Shown piece after piece: positions 1 through 12,400 of a stretch of DNA of 64,000 nt. The notes under the pieces are model-generated. The model had not been told where the DNA came from. It did no database searches and saw only the letters and a program-made list of their open reading frames with translations. This DNA comes from Chlorokybus atmophyticus (taxonomy: Eukaryota; Plantae; Mesostigma and Chlorokybus algae), in NCBI GenBank assembly GCA_009103225.1, contig RHPI01001507.1:287626-351625 (forward strand), read 5' to 3'. The translations under genes were made by a program, and so were the position numbers. Each line of letters opens with the position of its first letter. Positions within the stretch are counted from its first letter, which is position 1.

Positions 1-689
1 TGCAATGCTTGGACTAACTGTGGTTGGTTTAACTTTAGCTATCATATGTTTGCATGCTTGCGCAACAGATTTTCGAGCCTAGACTGTTGGCAATGGGGTA
101 TAAAGAGGTGATGTACTGAGTCCATATTGTAAAGAGAGCCCACTTTAAGTCCCGCATCTGGCACACTAGCAGCTAGGGTTTGTATGCTATGCATGGCTGC
201 ATGCACAGCTGCCTTCAAATGTGTGTAAGCTAGCACATTATAAACAGCTGAGCCTTCTCAGCTGCATACACAAGATTATATTCGGATAGATCCGTTGTGC
301 TGGCCTAAAGCCTCGCGCTGGTTTGGAAAAGGTTTTGCCCTAAGCCAATTCCGCCTCCACCAACTTAACATGTTATGGGCCCACAACATTTGCGAGCGGT
401 CGCTTGGATAGTGTGCTTTAATCTCCTTTTCAAGCTACTAATGCTGGATGGTCTGCTATAGCTAGTTGCCGTGGGACATCTCTATCCGGAAGTGCTAGAT
501 GGAGTCCTTTAATCTGTTAGCAAGCTCTGTTGAGGTTGTTCATTTGAGGTTTTGTCTGAATAATAGCATTGGAACGTATGAGTGTGACTGCAGTCCGACA
601 AAGCTGCTCCACTTTCAATTGAGTCAGTTGGTGGTTGAGCAGCTTTAAGTGTAAGCTGATTTGCAATTAAACAACGGGTGGTTTGTTAG

Positions 690-2060
690 GTCGCATAATG
701 TTACTCTTAACGGCTGATTGATTATATGGGACAGCCGTGCATTTGAGGATACTGATTTACACTGACGACCTTTAATCTACCGGGTCCTGATACAATGCCT
801 CAGAGGTGCCTGAGCATAACGGCCATCACCATTAGTCGGCGGCCGTATCTATAAAGAGACTGATCTACACTGACATGTACATGTTAAATACCCATCAATA
901 AAGCAAAGGGGACTTGACCTAACGAACCGGCACCTAACAGTTGGTTCCCGGCAACTGTACCTCGAAGGTGCCTAACTATCAGGTACCTTTAGGGCATCTT
1001 ATGGTACCTTCAAGGTACCTGACATTACTGTCCCCAGTACCTACCCGTACCGTGCAGTCATGAGCATGTGCTGCATGCATGCGATTGTCGTCAACTGTGA
1101 GAGACGCCAAGTCACAAGCTTGACTGATCCACACAATAAAATATTAATTAATCACATTACAACCTGTTGCTACGCTACAATGTAAACTACATTAAGCTAC
1201 TACTATTACCACTACTACCCTACACTCTGCCCGTATACTCCTCCTCCGCTCCTCCGCTCCTCGTCGCTCCTCTTCTTGGCCTGGTCGACAACTTGTTTTT
1301 GAAAAAGGGCATCAACACAATAGCATCATACACCATGACAGATGACACACATAACCAACTCACCTACCCTGCCGCCGCCGCCGCCCTAGCCTGGCCTGGC
1401 CTGCCCTGCTCTAAGAAGAGCGGTTGGGTTGTACTGATGCACTTAACATAACGGCATTATGCATGCTACTCTGTGTTGGAGGACAGCCCCTACTGTCCTC
1501 ACCAGCTACAGTCAGCTTGGACAGCCCCTTTGCATTGACATTCGCCTACATTGACAGCCCCTGAATTAACAATCGCCTACATTGACAGCCCCTGGATTGA
1601 CAGCCCCTATATTGACAGTCCCCAACTGTCGATGGAAGCTATCTGCAAGACTGAAGTTGTGGCATTTATAACAATGAAGCAGACCGCTGGCGGCGCTAGA
1701 AGGCTCAAAAAGGAGAGTCCTTTTGTATGCTAGCACAGACTGTAATAGCTAGCATAACCAAGGGGAACTCTTGTGTACATGTGGCTAGATAAGTGGCTAA
1801 GACTATATATTGTGTGTGCCGAGCCAGAGTTAATTATATCCACAAAACCTCAAGTGTGCAAGCTGCTGCTGTGCATGCTCGTGTGTGTGCGAGATAGGCT
1901 TAGTGTTGTAGCACATTCAACACTGCTTAGCTCTGATTGTCAACACTCTGTGTACACACATAACCACAAACTCACCAACTGGCGCCGCCGCCGCCGCACA
2001 CTGTTCTTGAACTTGTTGCCGTTCAGCGTGTGAGGCGCTGCTGCGTTTGAAATGCTCGAC
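690..2060. mobile_element. Diverged, partial copy of the non-autonomous TIR element family (copies at 22529-24114 and 61102-62348)
   Basis: Starts GTCGCATAATGTT (690), versus GTCGCAAAATGTT in the other copies. Shared blocks include aagcaaaggggacttgacctaac (~901-922) and gccgccgcacactgttcttgaacttgttgccgttcagcg (~1990-2030). The far terminus was not found. Confidence 0.6.
1485..1623. repeat. Short tandem/dispersed motif (TT)GACAGCCCC, about 6 copies
   Basis: Repeated ggacagcccc/ttgacagcccc units seen directly, inside the TIR-element remnant. Confidence 0.75.
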
Positions 2061-2376
2061 GGCGACGAGGGTCAGCTGCGGCTTGCCGGTCGCGAGCTCG
2101 TTGCGGCGAGTCCGATAGACGATGTGGGTAAGTCGTTGTGTTTGGATGTTGCACGGCGATCCTTACGGGTAATGAGTCGGGAGGAATGTCATACTGTGAT
2201 CATAAGACATGGTTAAATGGCATGTGGCTCCTCCTATAGCAGCGACTTTTGCTGCGGTAGCATAGTGGCTAAGGCGTTGATGTTACAGCAGACAACAGCA
2301 GCTTTGACTGTGCCACACGCATGCGCAAGCTTGAGCGCCCACACGCCCTGCAGCATTTTGAACCCAAGCATGCCTG

Positions 2377-2584
2377 AACACCTGTAGCACAACGCATACA
2401 ATACCTACACATACAACTACACACTACACATACAATCACACGCATGCGCATGAGCTAGAATTCTGCACACCTGCAGGCGAACACCTGCAGCACAACACAT
2501 ACAATACCTATACATACAACTACACACTACACATACAATCCCACGCGCATGCGCATGAGCGTAATTTCTGCACATCTGCAGGCG
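2377..2584. repeat. Tandem duplication of a ~103-bp unit
   Basis: gaacacctg(t/c)agcacaac...catacaactacacactacacatacaatc...gcatgcgcatgagc occurs twice head-to-tail. Confidence 0.8.
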
Positions 2585-4897
2585 TGAAGGAAGCTTGTGC
2601 GTAAGTGCGCATGCATGCGTGTGTATGCGCAAGCATGAGCGCAGTTGAATGCACATGTGTGTGCAAGATAGATAAGGAATACGTAAGTGAGTATGCGTGT
2701 AGTTGTTACCTATAACTTCTTGAGCTGAACTGACCAAGTGCAACTCCGCCTGCTTGCAACTTTGCTTTTAATCAGCCAGCAGCTGCACCACTGGTAGCTC
2801 TCTGGCAGAGAGTACCTTGTGGACCTGTGGCAACAAAGCGAGAATTACACTCAGCAAGATTGAACACAACCAGCACACAACATGCTCGTGCCGACAAGCG
2901 ACATCCCAACCTCTCACCTTATCTTGGCAAATGTAACTCGCAGGCTTGACAGCCTACAGCCGCCGGTGCTTATGACACATTAGCTTGTTGCTGGACCACT
3001 TCTCGGCGTAGTTACAGTAGCAGTGCAAACGACCACACAACTTTCTTGAACTAAATGCTGAATACAGTAGGCTACAAGTGGATGGGTTCAACTTACTAGC
3101 AACAGCAACAACGACACCCGCACAAATACAGCAAATGCAACAGCAGCAACAAGCAAAGCTAGCAATACCTGCAGTCACTGCCCGGCAGCCAAGCTGCAAG
3201 CAAAATGTGTGAAAGAGCAGGCACGCAAGCGGGGGCGAGCAAGCATGGGGCACTAAGCAGGCAGGAGCGGGCGTGAAGGAGCAGGCGTGTAACAGGCATA
3301 GACTAGGCTGAAAACATTGCTGTCGCCTGCATGTAGTCATAGTTTTGGCATGGCAAGTAGGCAAACAGCTGCGAACAAGCTGCTGGTCGAACTACATGTG
3401 AACGACGCGTGTGTGCAAAACAACAGTAGCTTGCAATGCATGAAGTTGATGTGCTTGGTAAAGAAAGACACACGGAGCTGACCTCTCTTGTTCTTAATTG
3501 GACATGTTTTCAGGCCAGGTATGAGTGGAGCGACATAACACTGTGGGGAGCAATCTAACACTGGCAGCAACGCATCCTTTGGTTGACGTACGTCATGGCA
3601 TTACGGCTTTTACGCATACACATTGAGTACGACAACAAGAACATCACAAGTTAGTAAAACAAGCATTGGTTGCTAAACCGCAAGCAAGACAACAACTATT
3701 GCAGTTTACACACCTGCGCGGCTGCAGCACAAGTGGCAGCACAAACGTCACATGTGCAAGAAGGAGAAGCAGGCGTACATTACCAGAGCGATTGTGAGCG
3801 CCGACCTGCAGAGCATTGCAGCGATTGTGAGCAGCAGGCCGGCGCTGCTGGCAATCCCAACGACGAACTCCTGGCATTGCTACCGCCGCCGCCGTTGTGG
3901 CACACCATCGCCGCCGACACGACAAGCACAGCAACAATGCTACAACCGATAGCACGCCGACACTTTCATCGCAGCCCGCGCAAATGCAAACGCCTGGAAA
4001 TTGTAGGCCGAACGGTTTGTTTAACTACTGTAGGTGTTAGCAATTGCAGGCGTCAACGGTGGGTAACGTAAACCGCGATAGGCGCTGCAATTGCATGCAT
4101 CTTATAGGGTTTGGTCGATGTAGCGCATATTAGCACATACGGTTCGGTTGCTACGTTGGTCAAAGTATCGCTGTTCACGTTATTTAAGCCGATCGTGCGA
4201 GCATATCAGCTGCTTAAAGTATCGGTTGGCCGTGCACAATTGACCGAGAACACAAACGGTATGCCACGATTCTGGGTAGGTTACAGCCGGTCACTGTGGG
4301 GAATTGGTGCTGTACTGCCAGCTGTGTCAAGATCAGCGCCGGACAGCAGGCCAATTATGGCTCTATCGTCGGCACCAACCATAGTGCCGTCGATAACCGG
4401 CACCATTACCGGTCTCAACGTCGACGGCACTAGTAGGCGGCCTACTGTATGAAACCGGTGTTGGTCCGGACGCATACGATTAGTGGCCGCAACGAAAAGC
4501 ACCAATAATGGCGACGTCGATGGCACCAGAGACCCGGGCTGCCGGACCAGTATTGGACCGGCGTCTAGGAATTACCAATAATGGCGCCGATGTTGCGCGC
4601 TAGTAATGGACTCTCGTAGGACAGTGGTCCGCGCAGGTAATTCCCTGTGGCTTTCAGTCACTAGTTTGCCAGTTTTGCCTTGGATCCATTTCACGGCAAT
4701 TAAGAAGTTCTACCCCTAATGGGATCCCAACCTGTGCAGCTCAGCTCCGTTGGCAATGTAACACTGGCGCCTTAACCATTAGGCTACGGCAATGAAAGTC
4801 GCCACCATAGGAGGAGCCACATGCCATTTAACCATGTCCCATAACTACGGTATGACATCTTCAAAACTTGTCGAAGTCTCTAAACCAAGTTATTAAG

Positions 4898-5700
4898 ATG
4901 GCGGTGAGTTTTGACAATGTTCGGATTACCCCACTGCAGTCGGACAACTACCAAATGTGGAACACTATGATGATGATGCTTATGACAAGAAACAAGCTGT
5001 GGCAGATGTCTCGTCGTGATGCTGCGCCACGTGCTGCACCTGAGCTCTCTAACTGTGTGACTGCTGTTGGTGGGGCTAAGGTTGCTGCTGCTGCATGACC
5101 ATCACGACGAAGCTGCACTGTCACGACCATTGGGCTGGCAAAGGTCATTCTCTATTTCTTGCTTCATGAGACTCAATGGGACTCATTCCTAATAAGCAAG
5201 TGTAGTGTTACTGGGGTATGCTCTAATGTAGGTCTGCTCCTGAGCTCATGGGGCCTTGATTATGATGGACTACACAAGGCATTGATGAAGGTCGGCATGA
5301 AGCCGTCAATGCTAGAGGCTCGTTGAGCCCAAACCTACTCGCCACAATAAGTGACAGCTCCAAAAAAGAGAGCTAACTTGACAAACCACAGGACTTGTGC
5401 TGTGGTAGTGCGATGCGCCACAGATGTGATAGTCGCAAGGCTAAGTGATGCCTGTGGGCAATTGCAAGTACCGTACTAAGAGAGCCTAAGTTTGCATTCC
5501 CTTGATAGGACTGTTACTCCTACAGCAAACCGAGAGAGTTTGATATGCTCAAGGTTGATGTCCTGTGTTGGACAAGGGCAGCTTGCGCTGATAGGTCAGC
5601 ACACAGTGACAAGCCTTGGGCCTTGGACATCATGTATGCCAAGTCGGAAGAGCAGCAGGTGGTATTGAGGCTTAGTGACAACCTTGAGTAGAGGTATGAG
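4898..5700 (+). mobile_element. Degenerate Ty1/Copia gag(-protease) remnant
   Basis: MAVSFDNVRITPLQSDNYQMWNTMMMMLMTRNKLW resembles the Copia gag N-terminus (L..dNY..W...M...L....LW). Downstream fragments (LLSSWGLDYDGLHKALMKVGMKPSMLEAR) resemble the UBN2 gag region. Many stops. Confidence 0.55.
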
Positions 5701-6168
5701 TGTGTGTCACCACTTAAGGGCCACTTGTGTGTGGGGTGCCTGGCTAGTAGCTGTTGAAGGGGCTCTCCCCCTCATCGCTTGTGGGGTGGGGTATTGTGTG
5801 TGAGTGTGGGTATGTTGGTCGTGAGTGTGCCTGGGATTGGAGATGTGTGAGAGGTTGGTGGTCATTATCTCCTCCTTTGGAGCTGTCGTGCCTGCCATGG
5901 TCGAGGGCAACCTTGTCTCGGACAGGCTGCAGAGGAGTGCTAGTGCTGCACGCATGCTAGTGCCGTGCACTGCATTGGAGTCATGCAAGCAAAAGACAAC
6001 CCCCCAATCGTGGGCATAGGCTTGAAGATGAGCCTACGCGGTGTTTAGTGCAGTGGACGAGCCGATGCCGCTCGCCACCTTTGTGTACAGACTGTGTCGT
6101 AGTGCACACAGCCAACAAGCCACCCCCCCTGAGATTCTGGGGTAGCCTTCTGCTCCAGAACTCAGTTC

Positions 6169-9100
6169 CTACCGACTGTGTGGGGGACCGTTGATGCGGC
6201 AGTCATCGCACCAGTACTCCCACAACGGTACTGCGTCCAGGGGAGGGTCAAGGCAGTAGCAGTGCATGCCTTGATTACAGCCGTCGCATAACATCATCAA
6301 TGGGTCGTCGTCGGCGCTGCCACACTTCTCGCATCGGGTGCTGCGCAGCGGACGCGGGTGCTGGATCTTGGTGAAGCCAGCAATGTAGGGGAGATGACAG
6401 GGCGCACAGTTGACCATGTTGTCCTTCATGCGCTCGCCTCGTTGTCCCAACAGGTCCAGTACCCCTGTGGGGTGCACCTTCAATACCTTGTAGACAGCAC
6501 GCCCGACGGAGGTATCGAGGGTGTCGCGTGTAGACGCCATACGGTAGACGAAGTCTCCTGACTCGAAGCGGCGCTCCCGCTCCTTGTAGAAACCACTGCG
6601 CACACGCTCGTAACGCAGCGTGTCGCGGTGCTGCGCGATGCGCAGGTTGTTGAAGGCCATGGGGACTGTGTGTTCGAACAGCGCACTGCGCACTGTCAGA
6701 TCATACAACATCTCGTCGGGGTTGTCAAGATTGTCCACCACTCTGTCGACCTCCTGCTGTGCGCGGAAAGGGAGCAATGGCTGCCTTCCAAACAGTAGGT
6801 AGTATGGGCTGTACTCTCGCAGGGCTGCCTGCTTGGACAGCCGGTAGCCCATCGCTACCCATGGGAGGTGATCATCCCAGGTATTCTTCTCGTAGGCGAG
6901 GACGTACTTGCGCAGTGCCTTCTTGATGGTCTGCACGGTACGCTCGGCGAGGCCGTCGGCCTGCGGGTGGTCGCGTGAGGTGCGACGGTGGTCGATGAAG
7001 CATCTGTCGATAAGCTTGTCGAAGGCTCCTCTGAACTCTGTACCCTGGTCGGTGATGACTTCAGCGCAGCTGCCGAAACGTCCGAGTACATATGAGAGGA
7101 AAGCCTGGGCTACTCCCTCACTGCTCTTGTCGGGCAGGGGCACCAGCTCCACCCACTTGGAGAAGTGCTCGATCATGACGAGGATGTAGCGGTTGCCTCG
7201 CGCTGAGGGCGCTAGGTCTCCGAGGATGTCCAGTCCCCAGCGGTAGAACAACCCGGAAATGGGAAGGGGATGCAAGGTGGCATTGCGCGTGTTGAGGCTG
7301 ACGCGAACCATGTCACACTGCTGACAGTTGCTGACGAACTCCCGCACATGTCTGTGCACCCCATACCACCAGTACTGGATCCTGACCAGGCTGACCGTGC
7401 GCTTGACACCGAAGTGCCCGAGCTCGGTGTGAAGGGAGGAGATGATGCCTTCACGTGCAGCTGGTGTGGGGACCTCCTGATCTGCATCTTGTATCCGTCG
7501 ATACAGCCTGTCGTTGGCCCAGCGGTATCGCTGAGTGCGTTGTCGGACGCGGTCCTTTTCGCGTGCGCTCATGCCTGCTGGAAGTTGTCCAGTCTGAAGC
7601 AGTGCGAGGGATGGCTCGTCCAGCCAGATGTCTTGTCGTGTGTCGGTGGGCGCCAGCTCCTCATCATCCACCTCAGGGTTGGCAGCGATTGCTTCTTCTG
7701 ATAAAGGATCGGTGGTGGTGATGGCGGGCTCGGGAGCGGGCAGGTCCTCGTCTGCTGCTGCCTCAAAGGTCTGAGTCCTGCGTCCTGAGCGTAGCGCAGC
7801 GACAGCGAACATAGTGGCCACACCTGAAGGTGCAGATGTAGGACCCAACTCATGTCGGGCGCCTGTGGCGTCGTTGGTGCTGAGGTGGGGGTTACGGCTG
7901 AGGCCATCCGCATCCTGGTTGGCAAGGCCTGCGCGGTGTTCCACCTCGAAGTCGTACTCTTGGAGCAGCAGCGCCCATCGTGCTAACTTTCCTGTCAAGT
8001 GCTGGTTGTTCATTAGCCACTTGAGGGGTTGATGGTCAGTGACCAGTTGGAACTGCCGTCCAAACAGGAAGGGTCGGAAGAAGGAGATGGCCCACACTGC
8101 GGCGAGACACTCCCCTTCGTAGCTGCTGTAGTTGGCCTCAGCACTGTTGTTGCTGCGGCTGGCGTACGACACCACGCGCTCCTTCATGTTGTTGTCATGC
8201 TGTACGAGCACGGCCCCCATGCCGAGCTTGCTCCAGTCTGTGTGCAAGATGAACGACCTGGTGTAGTCAGGGCGTTGCAGAATGGGAGCTGTGGTGAGGC
8301 GGAGCTTCAGCTCCAAAAAGGCCTCCTGTTGTGCCTCCTTCCACAAGAACTCGGTGTCCTTCTTCAGTAGTTCATTGAGAGGCCTTGCGATCTTGGCAAA
8401 GTCTTTGACAAACCGGCGGTAATAGTTGGCAAGGCCGAGAAAGGCCCGCAGCCGCGTGAGGTCTGTGGGGGCAGGGATAGCCACCAGTGCCTCCACTTTG
8501 GCCTGCTGTACGTACACACCATGGGGCACAATCATGTGTCCTAGGTAGGGTACCTTGTGGGTGAAGAAGGTGCACTTGTCAGGGTGCACCGTCATCCCGA
8601 CTTCCTTCAGCCTCTGTAGCACCTCTTCGATGTGCTGGAGATGCTCCTCATTGCTGTGACTGAAGATGAGGATGTCGTCGATGTAGCAGCGTGCGAAGTC
8701 CAACCCCTTGAGGGCTTTGTCCATGACGCGCTGGACCTTGGCCGGAGCGTTCTTTAGTCCGAAGGGCATGACCTTCCACTGGTACAGCTGCCGGTTTCCC
8801 CAGAAGGAAGTCTTGTGCTTGTCCTCCTCCTTGATGGCAATCTGGTTGTACCCTTGGCGCAGATCCAGGATACTAAAGACTGTGCATTCTCCTACATCGT
8901 CAAAGATGCCTTCTGCGGTAGGCATTGGATACATGTCCTGCTTGGTCTTGTTGTTGAGGGGGCGATAGTCGCCACACATGCGCCGGTCTGTCCAGTTGCC
9001 TGCTGAATCTTTCTTCAGGGGCATGACGGTCGCGGCCGCAAAGTCCGATGTGGACTCCTCGATCAGGCCTGCATCTAGCAGCGCCTTGCACCTCTATTCC

Positions 9101-9402
9101 ACCAAGTCTTCTTCTAGCTTGGAGAGGCGGTACTGTCTTCTGAACACCGGTTCGGTGTCCACTAATTCAATGTCCATCTGGTATGCTGAGCAGATGCCCA
9201 GCTCCTTCACACTGAAGCTGAATTGGCTCCTCCACTTGTTGAGAAGAGCCTCGAGTTGCTCTCGAGTCTGGCCTGTGGCCAGCGGTCCAATGGCGTGGGA
9301 CCACGAGGTAGCGTTGGCGACCACTGGAATGTCTTCCACAGTGACTGCTGTCTGCTCCTCCATGTGGGCGGTCTCGAGGGCGGTGTGTGCTGCTTTGGTC
9401 TG
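6169..9402 (-). CDS. pol: reverse transcriptase - RNase H - integrase - PHD finger (in-frame TAG at 9094-9096)
   Basis: RT: DYRPLN, LDLRQGYNQI, MPFGLKNAP, YIDDILI. RNase H: HTDWS...EGECLA...TDH. Integrase: H..GH...C..C, GLDI, DQGTEF, AERT. C-terminal C4HC3 PHD. ORFs 9363-9094 and 9024-6169 share a frame and read EDLVE*RCKALLDAGLIEESTS across the stop. Confidence 0.93.
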
Positions 9403-12400
9403 TTAAAAACGAGCAATCCACCCCCCAGCCAGGTGTTCGAGCTCCTGGACGGACACGTGGCGGTCCTGGAGAGCAAAGCACATTTCCAAGTACCACACCA
9501 TGCTGTTCTGATCAATGGCGCGCCCTAACAACTGACACTGTTGACCGGTTGTCAGCGTGGAGCCTGTGATGCTGCCTGGAAAGAATCCCATAGCACGCTC
9601 GCGCTCGCGGGCATTGGGTTCTTCCAGCTGTCCAGTGTTGGAGTCCAACACCATGCCGTCGCCACCATTGCGGAACGCGTAGGAGCCTGGATAGGATACA
9701 AGCGTGGGTAGTGCGCGGCGCGGCTGGCCAGGCTGGTTGCACTGGTAGAAGTGGTGGTGGTCAAGGCGTGTGACTGGTTGCGCTGTGCGTCCAGGGTCCA
9801 AGATGTCATCGACGACGAGATTTCGTGGCCGATTGCTGTATAGGTACTCTGCCAGAAACAGGTCTTCCACAATGGCCAGGTTGGTCCACTTGGCGCGGAC
9901 GCGGTGTGCACGAGATCCATGACGCGCGGCGTTGATTTTGAGAGGATGCCCCAGCAAGGAGCATACTTGTCGATAGGCCTTAGCGACGTGATGCCGCTTG
10001 TCATCCTCGGAGTGCACATTCTCGATGATGTACCCCAAGGGCCTAGCGATCTGACTGGTCTGTAGGAGTTTGATGACTCTCATTAGCTCCCAGAACAGCT
10101 GTGAGCGAGGATCAGAGAGCCCTTGACCTCTGCCTGCCCTGGAGTGCCCTTGACACTCCCATCCTGCTATCAGCAGGTCAACATTGGCGACTGCCTGCAG
10201 GTGATCCTTGGTAATCCAGCGGATGTCCTGCGGTAGAGCCTTCTGGCTCCCTTGCAGTGCCGACAGTGGTAGCTGCTGCGGGTAGCGCTGGTGCAGCTGT
10301 CGTAAATGATGGCTCAGAGCCTCCTGTGCATGAGGGTCAGGGTCACAGTAGAGGTACTTGGTGACTGTTGTTCCTGTGTTGAGGACAGCCGCAAGCCCAC
10401 TGCCTATGCCTCCGAACAGCTCCAGCACGATGATGCCTTGTTGTCGGCGGAACATGTGGAACTCCACAACTCCCGTAGCTATGTGGTACTGCTCCTGCAC
10501 TGTAGCCTGGTCTTTGTAGACAGGGAAGTGTGCAGTGAGCTGAGGCCTGGTCAGCAGCATGTGTGCTGCTACTTGTGCGCTCCAGCGACGCTCGGATGGC
10601 TCCTGAAAGGCCACTTCTTTGGTGACAGTCTCCTGAGACTCATCGTACGGTGTAGGAGAGTCCTCTTCAGCGTTTAGGCTCGGGCTCGAGCTCGTTGCAG
10701 TTGTCCTCGGCTGCGTTCGGGCACGAGGCACACGTGAGCTTTTTGTAAGACTGTAGGTGGCTGCTGCGGCCGATCTTCGTTGCGAGCGATCCTTGGCCAC
10801 CAGTTCGAGAGGTAGGAATCCCTGCTCCTCTCCATCGTCCTCATCCCAATGCGGTCGAATCCATGCCTGCTCAGTCCAGCAGTCCATCCCCATGCCGACA
10901 GGGAAGTTGCAGTCCTGTCCCAGCAGTAGGTCAAAGGACCCGGCATCGGTGACCACACACCGTTGTACAATCTCGGTGCTGTGGGAAGGGTTTAGTCCTG
11001 TGAGGCGAATGCTCACAGCCTGCTTGATAAGGCCGAGCACCTTGTTGCGGTTGCCGGTTGCGGTGTCCAGCTGGTAGGGACAGGGAAGCAGCTCAGTGCT
11101 GGTGATGCCGAGATCTCGTGCGAGATAGCGCCCAACGATGACAGGCTGTGCTCCAGTGTCCAGCATCACGCGTTTGGGTGCCCGCCCATTGACGGTCACG
11201 TGCTTGCCTTGGTTGGCGATCATGGCTGCATTGGCGTTGATGCGCAGCCTCTTGCAGCGACGGAACCTCTTGCGTGGAGAGACTGTTGCTTTACTCTCAT
11301 CTGCGGGGCCTGACCGTAGGGCAGCCAGGGCTCCTCTGCCTGATGGATCTTGTGGGCCTCCTTGTCCTCGGCTTTGTCCAAACCGTCCTTGTCGCGGTTG
11401 CTGATACACGCGTGGTGGCCTAGGCACTGGAGGTGCTGCAGCAACCTGTCCAAGTGGAGGTGCAGGAGGGTTGACCCTCTGTGCAGCTGTTGTCATGCCA
11501 GGAGGAGTGGCCAGTGGCTGTGGCGGGAACCCTGGAGGACCTGGTGTTTGCGGGACTGCCTCTCGTGCAGCCTGCTCCTCTGCATAGGTCCATCGCACAG
11601 CATGGGCTGCCTCTCTGACTAGTGTACCTTCCCATGTCGCCGTCGCATTGTTGTCCACGTCTATATAGCGATGGTTCTGAGGCATGGGCTGCAGGTACAC
11701 TGCGCGTAGGAGCCGCGCTCTCATGTCGTGGGTGATGGTGGGCACCCTGAGGATCCCTGCCATGTAAGCATCCCATCTGCCGTTGACCACTCCCACTTCC
11801 AGCACTGTTATTGCTCGTGTGCGTACAGTGAGGCGGGTCTCTGGCTGTTGGACATGCTGCTCGTAAGCAGCGGCGATGCGCCTGCGCTGACGTCCTGCCT
11901 CCACTCCTGGCAAACTCAGTATAGCCTCCAGAGCTCCCTCCAGAGTGTCAGTGGCGGCGGAAGCCACTTCATCATAGGCTTGCCGTATGGAGCGAAGGAA
12001 TGCGTCCACCCACGCTATTCTGGCGCCGAAAGCGAACAACGGGACTGCGGGATGGTTGGTGACCAGCCACGTCACTAACCGTGCGCGTGCCGCGTTGCCA
12101 TTGTCTCGCATCCCAAGCATCTGCCGAAGTCCGATGCCTTCTTGCCGATGCAGCATGGTTGCTTGTCGCAACAGAGCAGTGCGTAGTTGTTGCTCTCCAA
12201 CCAGTCCTGCTCCATCTCTTTGTGTACACCCTTGTGGTGTAAGGTAGCCCCTCCCTGGCTCCCTTTGGTCCTCAGGTAGATCCTCCACCAGCGCAGGCAG
12301 CAACGGGGCGATCACCCCCCTGGTTTGTTGAGCCAACGCCCTCGCTTGGTCAGAGTTGGTCTCGACGAAGAGCGGAGTGGTGCTGGAGGATGGACCAGCA

